A stretch of DNA of 64,000 bases from Eimeria praecox (Eukaryota): contig OY986949.1 in assembly GCA_963920595.1 (NCBI GenBank), positions 4,774,001 to 4,838,000 on the forward strand, given 5' to 3'. The notes under the pieces were generated by a model. It saw only the letters and a program-made list of their open reading frames with translations, did not search any database and was not told where the DNA came from. The translations under genes were made by a program, and so were the position numbers. Position 1 is the stretch's first letter. Each line of letters opens with the position of its first letter. Shown here piece after piece: positions 13,376 through 44,719 of the stretch.

Positions 13376-13652
13376 TTGCTGCTGCTGTTGCTGTTGCTGC
13401 TGATAAGATTGCTCGGCCTCAGGTTGACTAGTGCTGTCGTAATCATGCTGCAGCTGATGATGGTGATGATGGTGATGTTGTTGCTGCTGCTGTTGTTGCT
13501 GCTGCTGCTGCTGCTGTTGCTGCTGTTGCTGCTGCTGCTGTTGTTGATGCTGCTGCTGCTGCTGTGAGTCTTAGAATTGTGCTTGCTGCTGGAGAGAGCT
13601 TTCGCTGCTGCTGTCCCTGCAGGCTATCAATGCTGCTGCTGTTGTTGCTGTT

Positions 13653-13700
<48 letters not shown>

Positions 13701-13824
13701 TTATATTCTGTAGCTGCTGTGTGGGGTGGCTTCCGGGTGTCTGTTGAGCTTCCACGTTGCTGCAGCTGCTGCAGTCCTACTTGATCTGCTGCTGTTGCTG
13801 CTGCTGCTGCTCCTCGAAACCCTA

Positions 13825-13865
<41 letters not shown>

Positions 13866-14581
13866 CTCTTATCGCTGCAGCGGGAGAATCGGACTGCAGC
13901 AAAGAGCTGCTGTAGATATCCCACAGAATTTGTTCTTAAGAAATATTAAATTAAATTAAATTAAATTAAATTAAATAAATAAATAAATAAATAAAATAAA
14001 TAAATAAATAAATAAAATAATTTATTGCTGCGTCAGACGATATACAACAACTTGCCTGGCTTCTGTAATGTATGCAGCGCATCAGCAGCAGCAGCAGAAC
14101 AGCAGCAGCAGCAGCAGAACAGCAGCAGCAGCAGCAGAACAGCAGCAGCAGCAGTTGCTGCTGCTTCTGTTATTATCTCTAAGATATTAATTTATTATTA
14201 TATTTATTTAATTGTTTTATTATTTATATTTATATTTATATTTATTGAGGGAGATAAGAAGATATATAACTACATCATCATCAATATAAAATATCTATAT
14301 AAGATTCAAAGACACAAGACATACTGTTGCTGCTGCTGCTGCTGCTGCTGCAGCTGCTGCTGCAACAGCTGCAACAACAGCAGCAGCAACTGCAGCAGCA
14401 GCAGCAACTGCAGCAGCAGCAACTGCAGCAGCAGCAGCAGCAGCGGCAGTTTGCTGTCTCAACATAGCTACACCGGGATTGCTGTTTGAAGCCTTTGCAG
14501 CAGCAGCAACAGCAGCAGCAGCAGCTGCTGCTGTTGCTGCTGCTGCTGCTGCGTCTTGCTGCTGCAGGAGAGGCTCTGACG

Positions 14582-14618
14582 ATGCGACGACCACAGGGAG
14601 TCAGCAGCAGCAGCAGCT

Positions 14619-14650
<32 letters not shown>

Positions 14651-14821
14651 CGAGGCCCCCCTCAGTTGATTAGCGGCACACTCTACGGGGCTAACAAATT
14701 CAATCCGCTGCTGCTGCTGTCGCAGCTGCTGCTGCTGCTGTCTCTCTTCTATTTGCTGCTGTCTCTCTCATCTCTCGGCACACTTACGCTGCTGCAGCGC
14801 CGCCAGATGCTTGCTGCATCG

Positions 14822-14853
<32 letters not shown>

Positions 14854-14907
14854 TCGTTCCTTCCGGTTACCACAGTCCGACGTAGCAGCAGCAGCAGCAG
14901 CAGCAGG

Positions 14908-14941
<34 letters not shown>

Positions 14942-15533
14942 ATTGAGCTGCCGCAACCTCGTCAGGTGTCTCTGCTGTTCAGCAGCGGCAGCTCTTCCAC
15001 TCCAAAGGAGACAGCAGAAGCACTAGATGCTGCTTTGCTGCTGACAGATCTTGCTATGTACGTGCTGCTGCTGCTGTTGCTGCTGCTGTTGCTGCTGCTG
15101 TTGCTGCTGCTGCATCTGTTGCTGTTGCTGCTGCTGTTGCTTCTACTGTTGCTGCTGCTGCTGCTGCAACTGCTGCTGCAGCAACTGCTGCTGCAGCAAC
15201 TGCTGCTGCTGCAACTGCTGCTGCTGCAACTGCTGCTGCTGCAACTGCTGCTGCTGCAACTGCTGCTGCTGCAACTGCTGCTGCTGCAACTGCTGCTGCT
15301 GCAACTGCTGCTGTTGCTGCTGCAACTGCTGCTGCTGCTGCAGCAACTGCTGCTGCAAGTGCTTCTGTTGCTGAAACTGCTGCTGCTGCTGCAGCAACTG
15401 CTGCTGCTGCTGCTGTTGGGGATGATGTTAGGGCAATAACTGTTGGTGTGTATGCTTAACCACCGCATTTTCTGCTGTTGCTTCCTTCGTATTTGCTGCT
15501 GCTGCTGCTGCTGCATTCTTTGCTGCTGCTGCT

Positions 15534-15570
<37 letters not shown>

Positions 15571-15700
15571 CAGGTCTGTTGCGGTGTATGGTGTGCTGCG
15601 TCGTTCGAGTCAAGTTGTTGATTTCTGTTTTTCCATGGGGCTGCTGCATTTAATTGCATGCACTCTATACTCAGGACTACCTACTCGCTGTCAGCTATCC

Positions 15701-15741
<41 letters not shown>

Positions 15742-15814
15742 TTGCTGCTCTTGCTGATGCTGTTAGTGTTGTTGGTGATGCTGCTGTTGCTGCTGTTAGT
15801 GTTGTTGGTGCTGC

Positions 15815-15853
<39 letters not shown>

Positions 15854-16336
15854 TGCTGCTGTTGCTGATGCTGTTAGTGTTGTTGTTGGTGCTGCTGCAG
15901 TATTTGCTGCTGCTGCTGCTGTTCCTGCTGCAATTCGTGCTGCTGTTTCTGTTGCTGCTGCATCTTCTGTACGAGTATATATTATGCTGTTGCTGCTATT
16001 GCTGCTGCTGTTGCTGCTGCTGCTGCTGTTGCTGCTGCAGCTGGGTTTTGGCTGTGTCTCTGCTGCAGCAGGTGTCTCTGTGGCTTGCTTGCTTGCTGTC
16101 TCTGCCGTCGAGAAGAGTCGGAAGCAATTGTGTTTGGTTACAGCAGAGGAGACAGCAGCACATACACAGAGGAGACAGATGTGTCTCCTGCTGCTGCTGC
16201 TGCTGCTGCAGCTGCTGCAGCAGCAAAGGGCATAGAGCTTCAGCAGCAAAACAATAACAAACAGCAGCAACAGCAGCAGCAGCAGCAATGCAAACACCAG
16301 CAGCAGGAAGACCTGCTGCTCCTCGCCCCCACATAG
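14582..16336 (+). CDS. SYS1: Golgi integral membrane protein SYS1
   Basis: Phase-consistent exons 14582-15057, 15574-15689, 16041-16336. Motifs LYGANKFNPLLLLSQL...FY, VLRRSSQVVDFCFSMGLLHLIACTLYSGLP and GFW...LCRREESEAI match the SYS1 family pattern. Confidence 0.85.
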
Positions 16337-16703
16337 TAGACGAATCCACGCTAACAAACAAACAGCTATAACATTCCCTGCTGCTGCTGCTCTTGTTGCT
16401 GCTGCTGCTGCTAGTGCTGCAGCAGCAGCAGCAGCAGCAAAAGGAGCAGCAGCAGCAGCACGGTTAGCTGCAGCAACTTAAGATGCTGCAGCAGCAGCAG
16501 CAGCAAAACCTCAAAACATTTTACTCTCAACAAAATATAAGTCAAAGGCTCAGCAGCTGCTAGCCTTCAACACCTAGACAGCAGCAGCAGCAGCAGCAGC
16601 AACAACAACAAAACCTGCTGCTGCTGCTGCTGCTGCTGAAGGAGTGTTGGTAGTTCGCGGAGGCTGAGCAGCAGCCACTCGCATAACTAATGAACCCTTA
16701 CAA

Positions 16704-17086
16704 CAGCTAGCTAGCTGCGGGGGTAGCTAGCTAACTAGCTAGCTAGCTAACTAGCTAGCTAGCTAGCTAGCTAGCTACACACACATCCCAGTGTAGAGAC
16801 AGTCCCTGCGGGTGATAGAAAACAAATATGGGTGTCCTCTGAGACAGCTACCTACCTACCTACCTACCTACCTAGCTAGCTAGCTAATATATCTAGCTAG
16901 CTAGCTACCTACCTAGCTAGCTAGCTAATATATCTAGCTAGCTAGCTAGCTAGCTAATATGGCTAGCTAGCTAATGTGGCTAGCTAGCTATATGGCTAGC
17001 TAGCTAGCCAACTGTCTATGTGCCTAGCTAGCTAGCTAGCTAGCTAGCTAGGCAGTTAACTAGCTAGCTAGTTAAGTAGCTAGCTA
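16704..17086. repeat. (TAGC)n / (TACC)n array between the convergent 3' ends of SYS1 and TRM2
   Basis: Directly visible. Confidence 0.9.
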
Positions 17087-17185
17087 CTGCAGGAGGGGGT
17101 TGTCTCCTTCCCAATCAGAAGCTGCTGCTGCTGCTGGCTTGCTGATGTTGATGTCCTTAGAGACCGTGTTGCTACTACTGTGCGA

Positions 17186-17239
<54 letters not shown>

Positions 17240-17845
17240 CGACACAGAATCCTTTGTATCGAGGGTATCTTCTTCACCCTCCGAGGAGTCTGCTGCTGCT
17301 GCTGCTGCTGCTGCAGCAGCAGCAGCAGCAGCTGCAGCAGGTTTAGTATCTGTTGTATTTAGGTAGGGTTCAACAGGTGTTAATCGTAATATATGGTGTC
17401 TCTTTGTGCTGCTGTATTCTGCTGCAGCAGCAGCAGCACAGCTGCTGCGGGCTAGCAGCAAAACCCCCTCACAGTGTAAAGTGTGGGGGAACATATCAAC
17501 AGGCATTGCTGCTATAGGGACGAACGGATCGTTAGAATTAGACGAAGCCAATCTAAACAGAAGGAGACACAGAAATAGAAAAAGGAGACAGGTTAATGAG
17601 AGAGAGAGAGGGAGAGAGAGAGAGGGAGAGAGAGGAGACAGTTTAATGAGAGAGACAGAGAGAGAGGGAGGGAGAGGAGACAGTTTAATGAGAGGGAGAG
17701 AGAGAGAGGAGATAGTTTAATAAGAGAGAGAGAGGGAGAGAGAGGAGACACCTCAAAGAGAGACAGGGAGATAGAGGAGACAGTTTAAAGAGAGAGAGAG
17801 AGAGGAGACACCTCAAAGAGAGACAGGGAGAGAGAGAGGAGACAG

Positions 17846-17918
<73 letters not shown>

Positions 17919-19048
17919 AGACACCTCAAAGAGAGACAGGGAGAGAGAGAGGAGACAGTTGAATAGCGTAAGGAGACACATCAATAGCCAAAGGAGACAG
18001 ACACCTCAAGGACAGAAGAGGGTGAGAGAGGAGACAGTTTAAAGAGGGAGAGAGAGAGGAGACAGTTTAACAAGACAAGGAGACACATCAATACATACAA
18101 AAGAGACAATTAGAAAGGAGACAGTTAAATATAAGAAGGAGACAGTCAAATATAAGAAGGAGACAGTTAAATATAAGAAGGAGACAGTCAAATATAAGAG
18201 GGAGACAGTCAAATATAAGAAGGAGACAGTGTAATACAAGAAGGAGACAGTTAAATATAAGAAGGAGACAGTTAAATATAAGAAGGAGACAGTTAAATAT
18301 AAGAAGGAGACAGTTAAATATAAGAAGGAGACAGTCAAATATAAGAAGGAGACAGTCAAATATAAGAAGGAGACAGTCAAATATAAGAAGGAGACAGTCT
18401 AATACACCCCAGCATATAAACACATGAGGAGACACCTGAAGAGACAGTCAAATATAAGAGGGAGACAGTCAAATATAAGAAGGAGACAGTGTAATACAAG
18501 AAGGAGACAGTTAAATATAAGAAGGAGACAGTTAAATATAAGAAGGAGACAGTTAAATATAAGAAGGAGACAGTCAAATATAAGAAGGAGACAGTCAAAT
18601 ATAAGAAGGAGACAGTCAAATATAAGAAGGAGACAGTCTAATACACCCCAGCATATAAACACATGAGGAGACACCTGAAGATATAACAACAATAAGGAGG
18701 AGACAAATAAACAAAAGGAGACAATAAAACTTAAGATAATATAAATATAAAAATAAAAGAAGAGACAGACAGAAAACAAACAAACAAACAAACAAACATA
18801 ACAAAGGAGACAGAGAAGGAGACAAGACACAATAGAAACCAATTCAACATACACACCACAACAACACTAGCAGCAGCAGCAGCAGCAACACTAGCAGCAG
18901 CAGCAGCAACAACACTAGCAGCAGCAACCCTAGCAGCAGCAGCAGCAACAACAACAACACTAGCAGCAGCAGCAGCAACAACAACAACACTAGCAGCAGC
19001 AACACTAGCAGCAGCAGCAACACCACTAGCAGCAGCAGCAGTAACACT

Positions 19049-19080
<32 letters not shown>

Positions 19081-19264
19081 CAGCATCAGATTTGCTGGTC
19101 TCACTCTAGGACGTTTTCGACAAGGGTTTTACAATTGCAGGAGACGTAAATAAGCCTTTCTAAACACACAAAAGCAGCAGCAGCAGCAGCAGCAGCACAT
19201 GCAGCAGCAGCAGCAGCAGCAGCCGTATGTCCCTCCCAGTGCTGCTGTAGCCATAGCAGGATAT

Positions 19265-19295
<31 letters not shown>

Positions 19296-19373
19296 GTGCT
19301 GATGCTGTCTTTAATTTGCTGCTACTCACCCAGCTGTTTGCATTGCTTCAGAGCCTTCAGCACCTTCGCGTCT

Positions 19374-19406
<33 letters not shown>

Positions 19407-19407
19407 G

Positions 19408-19440
<33 letters not shown>

Positions 19441-19736
19441 ACATCAACAGCAACAAATGTGTCGCTGCTGCAACGACAGGTGTAGAGGCTTTCGAGTAAC
19501 AGTTATATCTCTCTTCTCTCTCTCTAATAAATCGTGCCACCGCAGCAACAACAGCAGCAACTACAGCAGCAGCAACAACAGCAGCAGCAACAGCAACAGC
19601 AGCAACAACAGCAGCAGCAACAGCAGCAGCAGCAACATACGGAGCCCCATTCGAGGAGGATCGACAATAGCAGTGATGTGTGTCTCTTCTGTTAATTCTT
19701 GAAGAAGATTTGGCAGCACATCCTCCGCCTTCCCTG

Positions 19737-19770
<34 letters not shown>

Positions 19771-19905
19771 AACAGCAGATTGAACGCATTGACAGATGAG
19801 CTGAAGCAGCAGCAGCACATGCAGCTGTCACGGCAGCAGCAGCAAAAGGAGCAGACACAGAAGCACCAGCACTAGCAGCAGCAGCAGCAGTAGCAGCAAC
19901 ACCCA

Positions 19906-19942
<37 letters not shown>

Positions 19943-20081
19943 AGCAGCAGCAGCAGCAGCAGCAAACCTGTGATGAACTCGACGTCATTTTCTAAATTGT
20001 TTAACCTCGCATTTCTTCTCGCATCTTCTACAGCTGAGGGCACAACCTCAATACCTATCACTCTCTTCCTCCTGTTGCTGC

Positions 20082-20117
<36 letters not shown>

Positions 20118-20998
20118 CGTTGCTGCCACTGCTGCTGCTGTTGCTGTCTGAACCCTCAGCAGCACCAGCAGCAGCACCAACAGCAGCAGCATCAGCAGCA
20201 GCATTAGATTGTTTAATTGCTGCAGCAACACACAAGGCTATCGTCCCTGCCCCGCTGCAGATATCGAGGACTGTAGTAGAAGGAGGAAGCGGCAGCAGCA
20301 AACGCAAGACAGCCCCATACATCGTCTCGCATGCAGGCGTATTCGTCTGCATGCAAACAGCAGCAAACACACAACACAGACACACCAACAACTCAAACAA
20401 CAGCAGCACCAAGCAGCAGCACCAAACAGCAGCAGCAGCAAACTGCAGCAGCAAACAGCAGCAGCAGCAGCAGCAACGGCAAACGCGCGCTAAGAAGGCC
20501 GCCTTAGCAGCCTCAAGATAACCCTTTTCAATCCTCTGCTGCTGCTGCTGCAGCAGCAGCTGCTGCAGCAGCAGCTGCTGCAGCAGCAGCAGCAGCAGGT
20601 GTCTATACACCTCACCTGGAAGAAAGAGGAGGGCCCCACAAGGAAGCGAAGCCCGCATAGCTTTTGCTCTAACTCATCAACACCGTAAATCTGCATGCAA
20701 CAAGACAGCAGCAGCAGCAGCAGCAGCAATGTGTGTATATCGCAGCAGCAAAACCGATACAACAACAACAACAGCAGCAGCAGCAACAACAACAACAGCA
20801 GCAGCAGCAGCAGCAGCAGCAAGAAGCCTCACCTTCTGCATAGGGTGTCCCTCCATCGTGTCAGACATCGCTGAGCTCTGAGCAGCATCAAAAAAAACAG
20901 CAGCAAACACAGCATTCAACCGCAGCAACAACAGCAGCAGCAAACTGCAGCAGCACCACCACCAACAGCAGCAGCACCAGCAGCACCACCACCACCAC

Positions 20999-21030
<32 letters not shown>

Positions 21031-21130
21031 GCAGCACCACCACCACCACCAACAGCAGCAGCACCACCACCACCAACAGCAGCAGCACCACCACCACCAA
21101 CAGCAGCAGCACCACCACCACCAACAGCAG

Positions 21131-21189
<59 letters not shown>

Positions 21190-21445
21190 GCAGTCTACCT
21201 CCTGTAAGAATATGGAGACAACTTTGTAGCCCCCGAATATCTTCCCCCCGAAGGCAGCAACTACACTCTCAATCAAGTCTTCACGCTTCTCTGCTGCTGC
21301 ATCTTGCTGCTGCTGCTGCTGCTCCTGCTGCTGCTGCTCCTGCTGCTGCTGCTGCTGCTGGAAAGGGTTTATCTGTACTACCAGCATCATCGATCGACTC
21401 CAAGACGAAGTCCTCACCATCAGCAGACGCCACGTGCCTGCAACA

Positions 21446-21477
<32 letters not shown>

Positions 21478-22115
21478 ACAACAGCAACAACAGCAGCAGC
21501 AGGAACAGCAGCAGCAGCGATACAGAAGAGTTTGCAGAGACAGCTGCCGACATATAAGAGCAGCAGGGAGACAAAGTAAAGTAGAAAGAAAGAGGAAGCT
21601 AACATACACCTCAAACCCTAAACCCTAAACCCTAAGCCCTAAACCCTAAACCCTAAACCCTAAACCCTCACCTGTGTGCGTCCTTCTGTCATAGACAGCA
21701 TACGGGGATGCCTTCACCAGCCTCTACAGCACAACACCCAAACCCTAAACCCTAAACCCTAAACCCCAAACCCTAAACCCTAAACCCTAATGCTAGACCC
21801 TGTACTTAAACCCTACTTCATATACCTTAAACCCTAAACCCTCATCCTAAACCCTAAACCCTATTTGTTAAACCCTAAACCCTCATCCTTCATCCTAGAG
21901 CTAACCCCCCCTAGCCACCAAACCCTAAACCCTAATCCTAAGAACCTAGCCCTAAACCCTAAACCCTAAACCCTAAACCCTAGCTAACCTCCATTGCATG
22001 CGCTGCTTCTTGCATGCCATGATTGAGCAGCAGCAAACCCGAAGGAGACGCAACTTGGGGCTGTAGCCGTTGCACCCCACATACAAACCCCACACAAGGG
22101 CTTTGCTCCTCCTGT

Positions 22116-22152
<37 letters not shown>

Positions 22153-22270
22153 CTTGTCCCTGCTGCTGCTGCTGCTGCTGCTGCTTTCGAGCAATCCCCA
22201 CAGTAAACTCGCATTTGTTGCGATATCCTATTCGCCCTTCCACGGGAGCAGGCAATGCTGGCAGCACCTG

Positions 22271-22303
<33 letters not shown>

Positions 22304-22460
22304 CACAGCACAGCAACAGATGTAGCAACCCCGTCAACAACACCAGCAACATGCAACGAAGCTGCAGCAGCAGCAGCAGCTGCAGCAGCAGCAGCAGCAG
22401 CTACTCACCTCACAGCCCAACCATCGCTTTGCAACCTTAGGAGAGTGCCACAGCTGCTGC

Positions 22461-22497
<37 letters not shown>

Positions 22498-22582
22498 ATG
22501 GTTGCTCCTCTCGTTCCTCCGTAGGTAAGAGCCTCAGATATCTTTGATGCGCTGCCTTCGTTAACTGTCTAATGCAGGTCTG

Positions 22583-22613
<31 letters not shown>

Positions 22614-22627
22614 TGAGGGAGGGGTTT

Positions 22628-22687
<60 letters not shown>

Positions 22688-22964
22688 GAGCAGCAGAATC
22701 AACAAATACAAACATCAAAGAGAGACACTAAACCACACCACCAAGCAGCAGCACAAGGCAGCCGTGGCTGCTGCAACAAACACCCAGAAGCAACAGCAAC
22801 AGCAGCAGCAACAGCAACAGCAGCAACAGCAGCAACAGCAGCAGCAGCAGCAGCAAGTCTTGCCTTAAGATATGTGTGTTTAATTTTCAGCTGATCGTAA
22901 TAAGAGAAGCTTCACGCAGCAAACACAACAAAAATATGTAAGATATTAATTATAATGCTGCTGT

Positions 22965-22996
<32 letters not shown>

Positions 22997-23000
22997 TAGC

Positions 23001-23032
<32 letters not shown>

Positions 23033-23033
23033 T

Positions 23034-23065
<32 letters not shown>

Positions 23066-23199
23066 TTGCCGCTGCTGTTGCTGCAGGTGCCGCACAAGTC
23101 GTTGGTCTTCGCACTCACCAGCAGCAGCAGCAGTAGCAGCAACAGCAGCAGCAACAGCAGCAGACCCAGTCACAGAACCCGAAGCAACAGCAGCAACAG

Positions 23200-23234
<35 letters not shown>

Positions 23235-23426
23235 GCAGCAACAGCAGCAGCAGGAGCTTACCCATGTAGTGGCGCTACACGATGTTCTATCGATGCTGCC
23301 TCTGTGAGATGTGGTTTGTTATTAATTAGCTGCAGCAGAGCAGGCAGCTGCTGCTGCTGCTGCTGCTGCTGCGACACTAAGGCTGATTCTCTAATACCAG
23401 CCTTTGCTGCTGCAGTACCGGCGTCA

Positions 23427-23464
<38 letters not shown>

Positions 23465-23532
23465 TCCTTGAGTCCTAGCCTTTTTGTTTGTGGGGCCATC
23501 TGAAGATGTCTCCGTTCCTTTACGCCGCTGCC

Positions 23533-23570
<38 letters not shown>

Positions 23571-23584
23571 GGCTGCTGCTGCCC

Positions 23585-23615
<31 letters not shown>

Positions 23616-23902
23616 GCTGAATCCCTGCTCCTCGCTTCGTGGAGATAGATAAGATTGCCTCTGAAGGGGAGACGCTCTGTCGCCCTTTCAAATGCTGCTA
23701 GCTGCTCCCTGCTCTCAAAGTCCCTGCAGCAGCAGCAGCAGCAACAGCAACAGCAGCAGCAACAGGTAACGCAACCAGACACACAATTAGCAGCAGCAGC
23801 AGCAGCAGGAGCACACGCGAGAGCAGCAGCAACAGCAGATTTCTACTCAGAGAGAGTCTCAAACTACTGACAAGGCATGAACTAAACCAGCAACAGCAGC
23901 AG

Positions 23903-23961
<59 letters not shown>

Positions 23962-24374
23962 GCAGCAGTCTCACAGGAATCCCCAAGCAGCAGGAGTCAC
24001 CTTATCGAGCGACACAAACGGCAGGTTGTTGTCGCGCTGCAGCAGCAAACACAAAACAGGCAAAGCCATCTCCACGTCTGCTGCTGCTGTTGCTGCTGCT
24101 GCTGCAGCAGCAGGAGCAGCAGCAGCAACAGGAGGAGGAGCAGCAAGAGAAGCAGCAGTAGCAGTAGCAGCAGCAGGGACAGCAGCAGCATCAGCTCAAG
24201 CAGCAGCACCCCCACCGCCAGCACCCCCAATAAAAGCAGCAACAGCAGCAGCAGCAACAACAGCAGCAGCAGCACCCGCACCAGCAGCAGCCCCACTAGC
24301 AGCAGCAGCAACACCAGCACCCCCAACAGCAGCAGCAGAAGCAGCAACAACAACAACAGCAGCAGCAGCACCCC

Positions 24375-24409
<35 letters not shown>

Positions 24410-24440
24410 GCAGCACCCCCAGCAGCAGCAGCAACAACAA

Positions 24441-24471
<31 letters not shown>

Positions 24472-24602
24472 AGCAGCAGCAGCAGGAGACTCACCATCCA
24501 CTTTTCTATAACTTCTGCTTTGTTTCGTCTCCAGCTTCTGCATGTTGCATGCCGTCTCAGCAGTGTCTTCAAGTTTGCTGCTGCAGGAGGGGAAGAGGCT
24601 GT

Positions 24603-24634
<32 letters not shown>

Positions 24635-24773
24635 TTGTTGTTGTTGCTGCTGCTGCTGCAGGGTTAAGGTCACTGCCGGCTGCTGCTGCAGCTGCATCTG
24701 CTGCTGCTGCTGGTGCAGCAGCAGCAGCAGCAACGGGCCCTGCAGCAGCTGCTGCAGTTCTTCCTCGCGGCAT
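17084..24773 (-). CDS. TRM2: tRNA (uracil-5-)-methyltransferase TRM2/TRMT2A with N-terminal RRM
   Basis: 15 phase-consistent exons: 24495-24773, 23975-24036, 23262-23723, 22864-22909, 22409-22579, 21989-22267, 21672-21723, 21199-21437, 20833-20877, 20616-20690, 19968-20346, 19641-19733, 19330-19371, 19105-19159, 17084-17552. Motifs WGFLDF (RNP1), GYRNKCEFTVG, GTWRLLMVR, GPSSFFQTN, LDICSGAGTIAL, IGIE, IVDPPRMGLH, LIYVSCN and PVDMFPHTLHCE. Confidence 0.93.
18113..18680. repeat. 21-bp minisatellite (AAATATAAGAAGGAGACAGTY) with a higher-order duplication, in the last TRM2 intron
   Basis: About 20 units. The block ending ctaatacaccccagcatataaacacatgaggagacacctgaaga occurs twice (~18399 and ~18638). 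Confidence 0.9.
21614..21982. repeat. Interstitial telomere-like (AAACCCT)n arrays flanking TRM2 exon 21672-21723
   Basis: Directly visible, partly degenerate. Confidence 0.9.
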
Positions 24774-25003
24774 CAGCTGCTGCTGCTGTATAGTGGAGAG
24801 AAGGCCGAGCGTAGGCAGCAGCACCTGCTGCTGCTGCTGCTGCTGCAGTTGCTGCTGTTGCTGCTGCTGCTGCAGCAGCAGAGTAGAAGGGAGGGAGAAG
24901 CAGCAGCTGTATGTACACTGCAGCAGAACCTCGATAGCGAGTAGCACATGCGTCTTGATGAAGTGCTGCTGCATCAATATCAATAAACTTTAAGATCTGC
25001 TGC

Positions 25004-25047
<44 letters not shown>

Positions 25048-25273
25048 CAGCTGCTGCAGCAAGCTCTAGTGTACGTATAGCAGCGTCAACAACCCCCCGC
25101 AGCAACACAGCAGCAACACAGCAGCAGAAAATAAATATTAAATATACTCAATAAATTTATAATAACAGCAGCATACAGCTTTGGGGGTCGCTGCTTTCGA
25201 TGGTCTTGGTGGCTGCTGTTTGCTGTTGCTGCTGCTTCAGACGCATGCAGCAGCAGCAGCTTCTGCAGCTTCT

Positions 25274-25308
<35 letters not shown>

Positions 25309-25686
25309 TGCTGCTGCTGCTGCTGCTGCAGCTGCACGGAAGACCGTGCAGCAAGAAGAGCTTTGCTGTATTCGTTAGTAGGGAAGGCCTGTAATATTAT
25401 TTGTTATATATATATAAATATATATTATTAATTAATTAAGTTGATAGATAGTTTGATGCTGCTGTTGCTGCTGCTGCTGCTGCCTTCAAAACCACCAACC
25501 CCACCAGAAGACCCTGCTGCTGCTGCTGCTGCTGCTGCTGCAGCAGCAGCAGCAGCAGCAAAACTGCTGCAATCTCACTTCCCCATCTAAATACTATATT
25601 GGCTTGTTTGGGCTTTTTAAATTAAAGTTTATTCGCAGCAGCAGCAGCCAGCAGCAGCTGCTGCATCTCTTGCTGCTGCTGCTGCC

Positions 25687-25720
<34 letters not shown>

Positions 25721-25858
25721 GGCCCCCAACAACCCGACAACGAGTGTTGCTACAGATTCATTGTGTTAACAGTTAGATCCATCAGCTGCAGCAGCAGCAA
25801 GTGCTGCTGCACTAGGATTTTAGTTGCTGCTGCTGCTGCTGCTGCTACTGCAGCAGCA

Positions 25859-25896
<38 letters not shown>

Positions 25897-26022
25897 TAGA
25901 AGGATCCGCCTACCTTAGTTAAACCTTCTGCAGCAAAGACACCCCAAACATCCGCATGAATTGCTGCTGCACAGTTTGCTGCTACTGTCGCAGCAATAAC
26001 AGCAACAGCAGCAGCAACAGCA

Positions 26023-26054
<32 letters not shown>

Positions 26055-26143
26055 CATGGCAAGCGCATGCAAGATAATCAAAGAGGCCGCTACATTCTTC
26101 TAGCGGCCCTTCCGTCCTGAGGTGTACAGACAGGTAGTGAAGG

Positions 26144-43834
<17,691 letters not shown>

Positions 43835-43843
<9 letters not shown>

Positions 43844-43878
43844 ACCCTAAACCCTAAACCCTAAACCCTAAACCCTAA
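43835..43878. repeat. Telomere-like (AAACCCT)n overlapping the PREX stop codon
   Basis: gac aaa ccc TAA accctaaaccct... Confidence 0.9.
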
Positions 43879-44719
43879 AGATACAGATACATGTATACAA
43901 ACAAACAAACTTGTTATCGAAGGAGAAGTTTTGTCTCTTCTTTGTTTTAAAAACAAATATACAAATAATTTCTACAATTATTAAATATATTATTATTCTT
44001 ATATAAAGGAGACATGTTGAGGTGTACAGACACCGCAATCTCAAATCAGGTGTATGGAACGAATCTCGTCTTCAAATAAAATATTTGTATAGATAGATAG
44101 AAAGAAAGATAGAAATTTATAGATATAGATATAGAGATGCTTAGATATATAGATATATAGGTATACAGATATAGATGTATAGGTTTATATATATATATCT
44201 ATATATATATATATATAGATATAGATATATATATATATATATTCTATGGAAGAGCTGAGCATACACCGCAAATCCCTGCTTCTGTATCTCCTAGACACCT
44301 AGAGGCTATATGTGTTTGTTTTTTGTGTTTTTTTTTGTTTTTAATTATAAATATTGTATAAAATTAATAAATAAATACAATAAATATATATTATTTGTTT
44401 TCAAATCGATAAATATAGAAGAAGACCGTATACATTCTCTGGTTGAGCTCACCAACCACCGCTAGAAACACATACTCTCTCGATTGTATCTAATTCTTTG
44501 TTTTCTTCTTCTTTCTTTTGTTATTTGTTGTTTATTTTATATTTATTATTTATTTATTTCATTTATTTATTATTTATTCACTTATTTCCCCTTCATCTCC
44601 CCCTTTCTTAATAATACTAAACTACTACCACTGAGAGAGCTGTCGATACACCCGAAATTGTTTGTATTTTTTTGTGTATTTTCTCTTCCTTCTTATCTTA
44701 TATTATATTATATATAATT

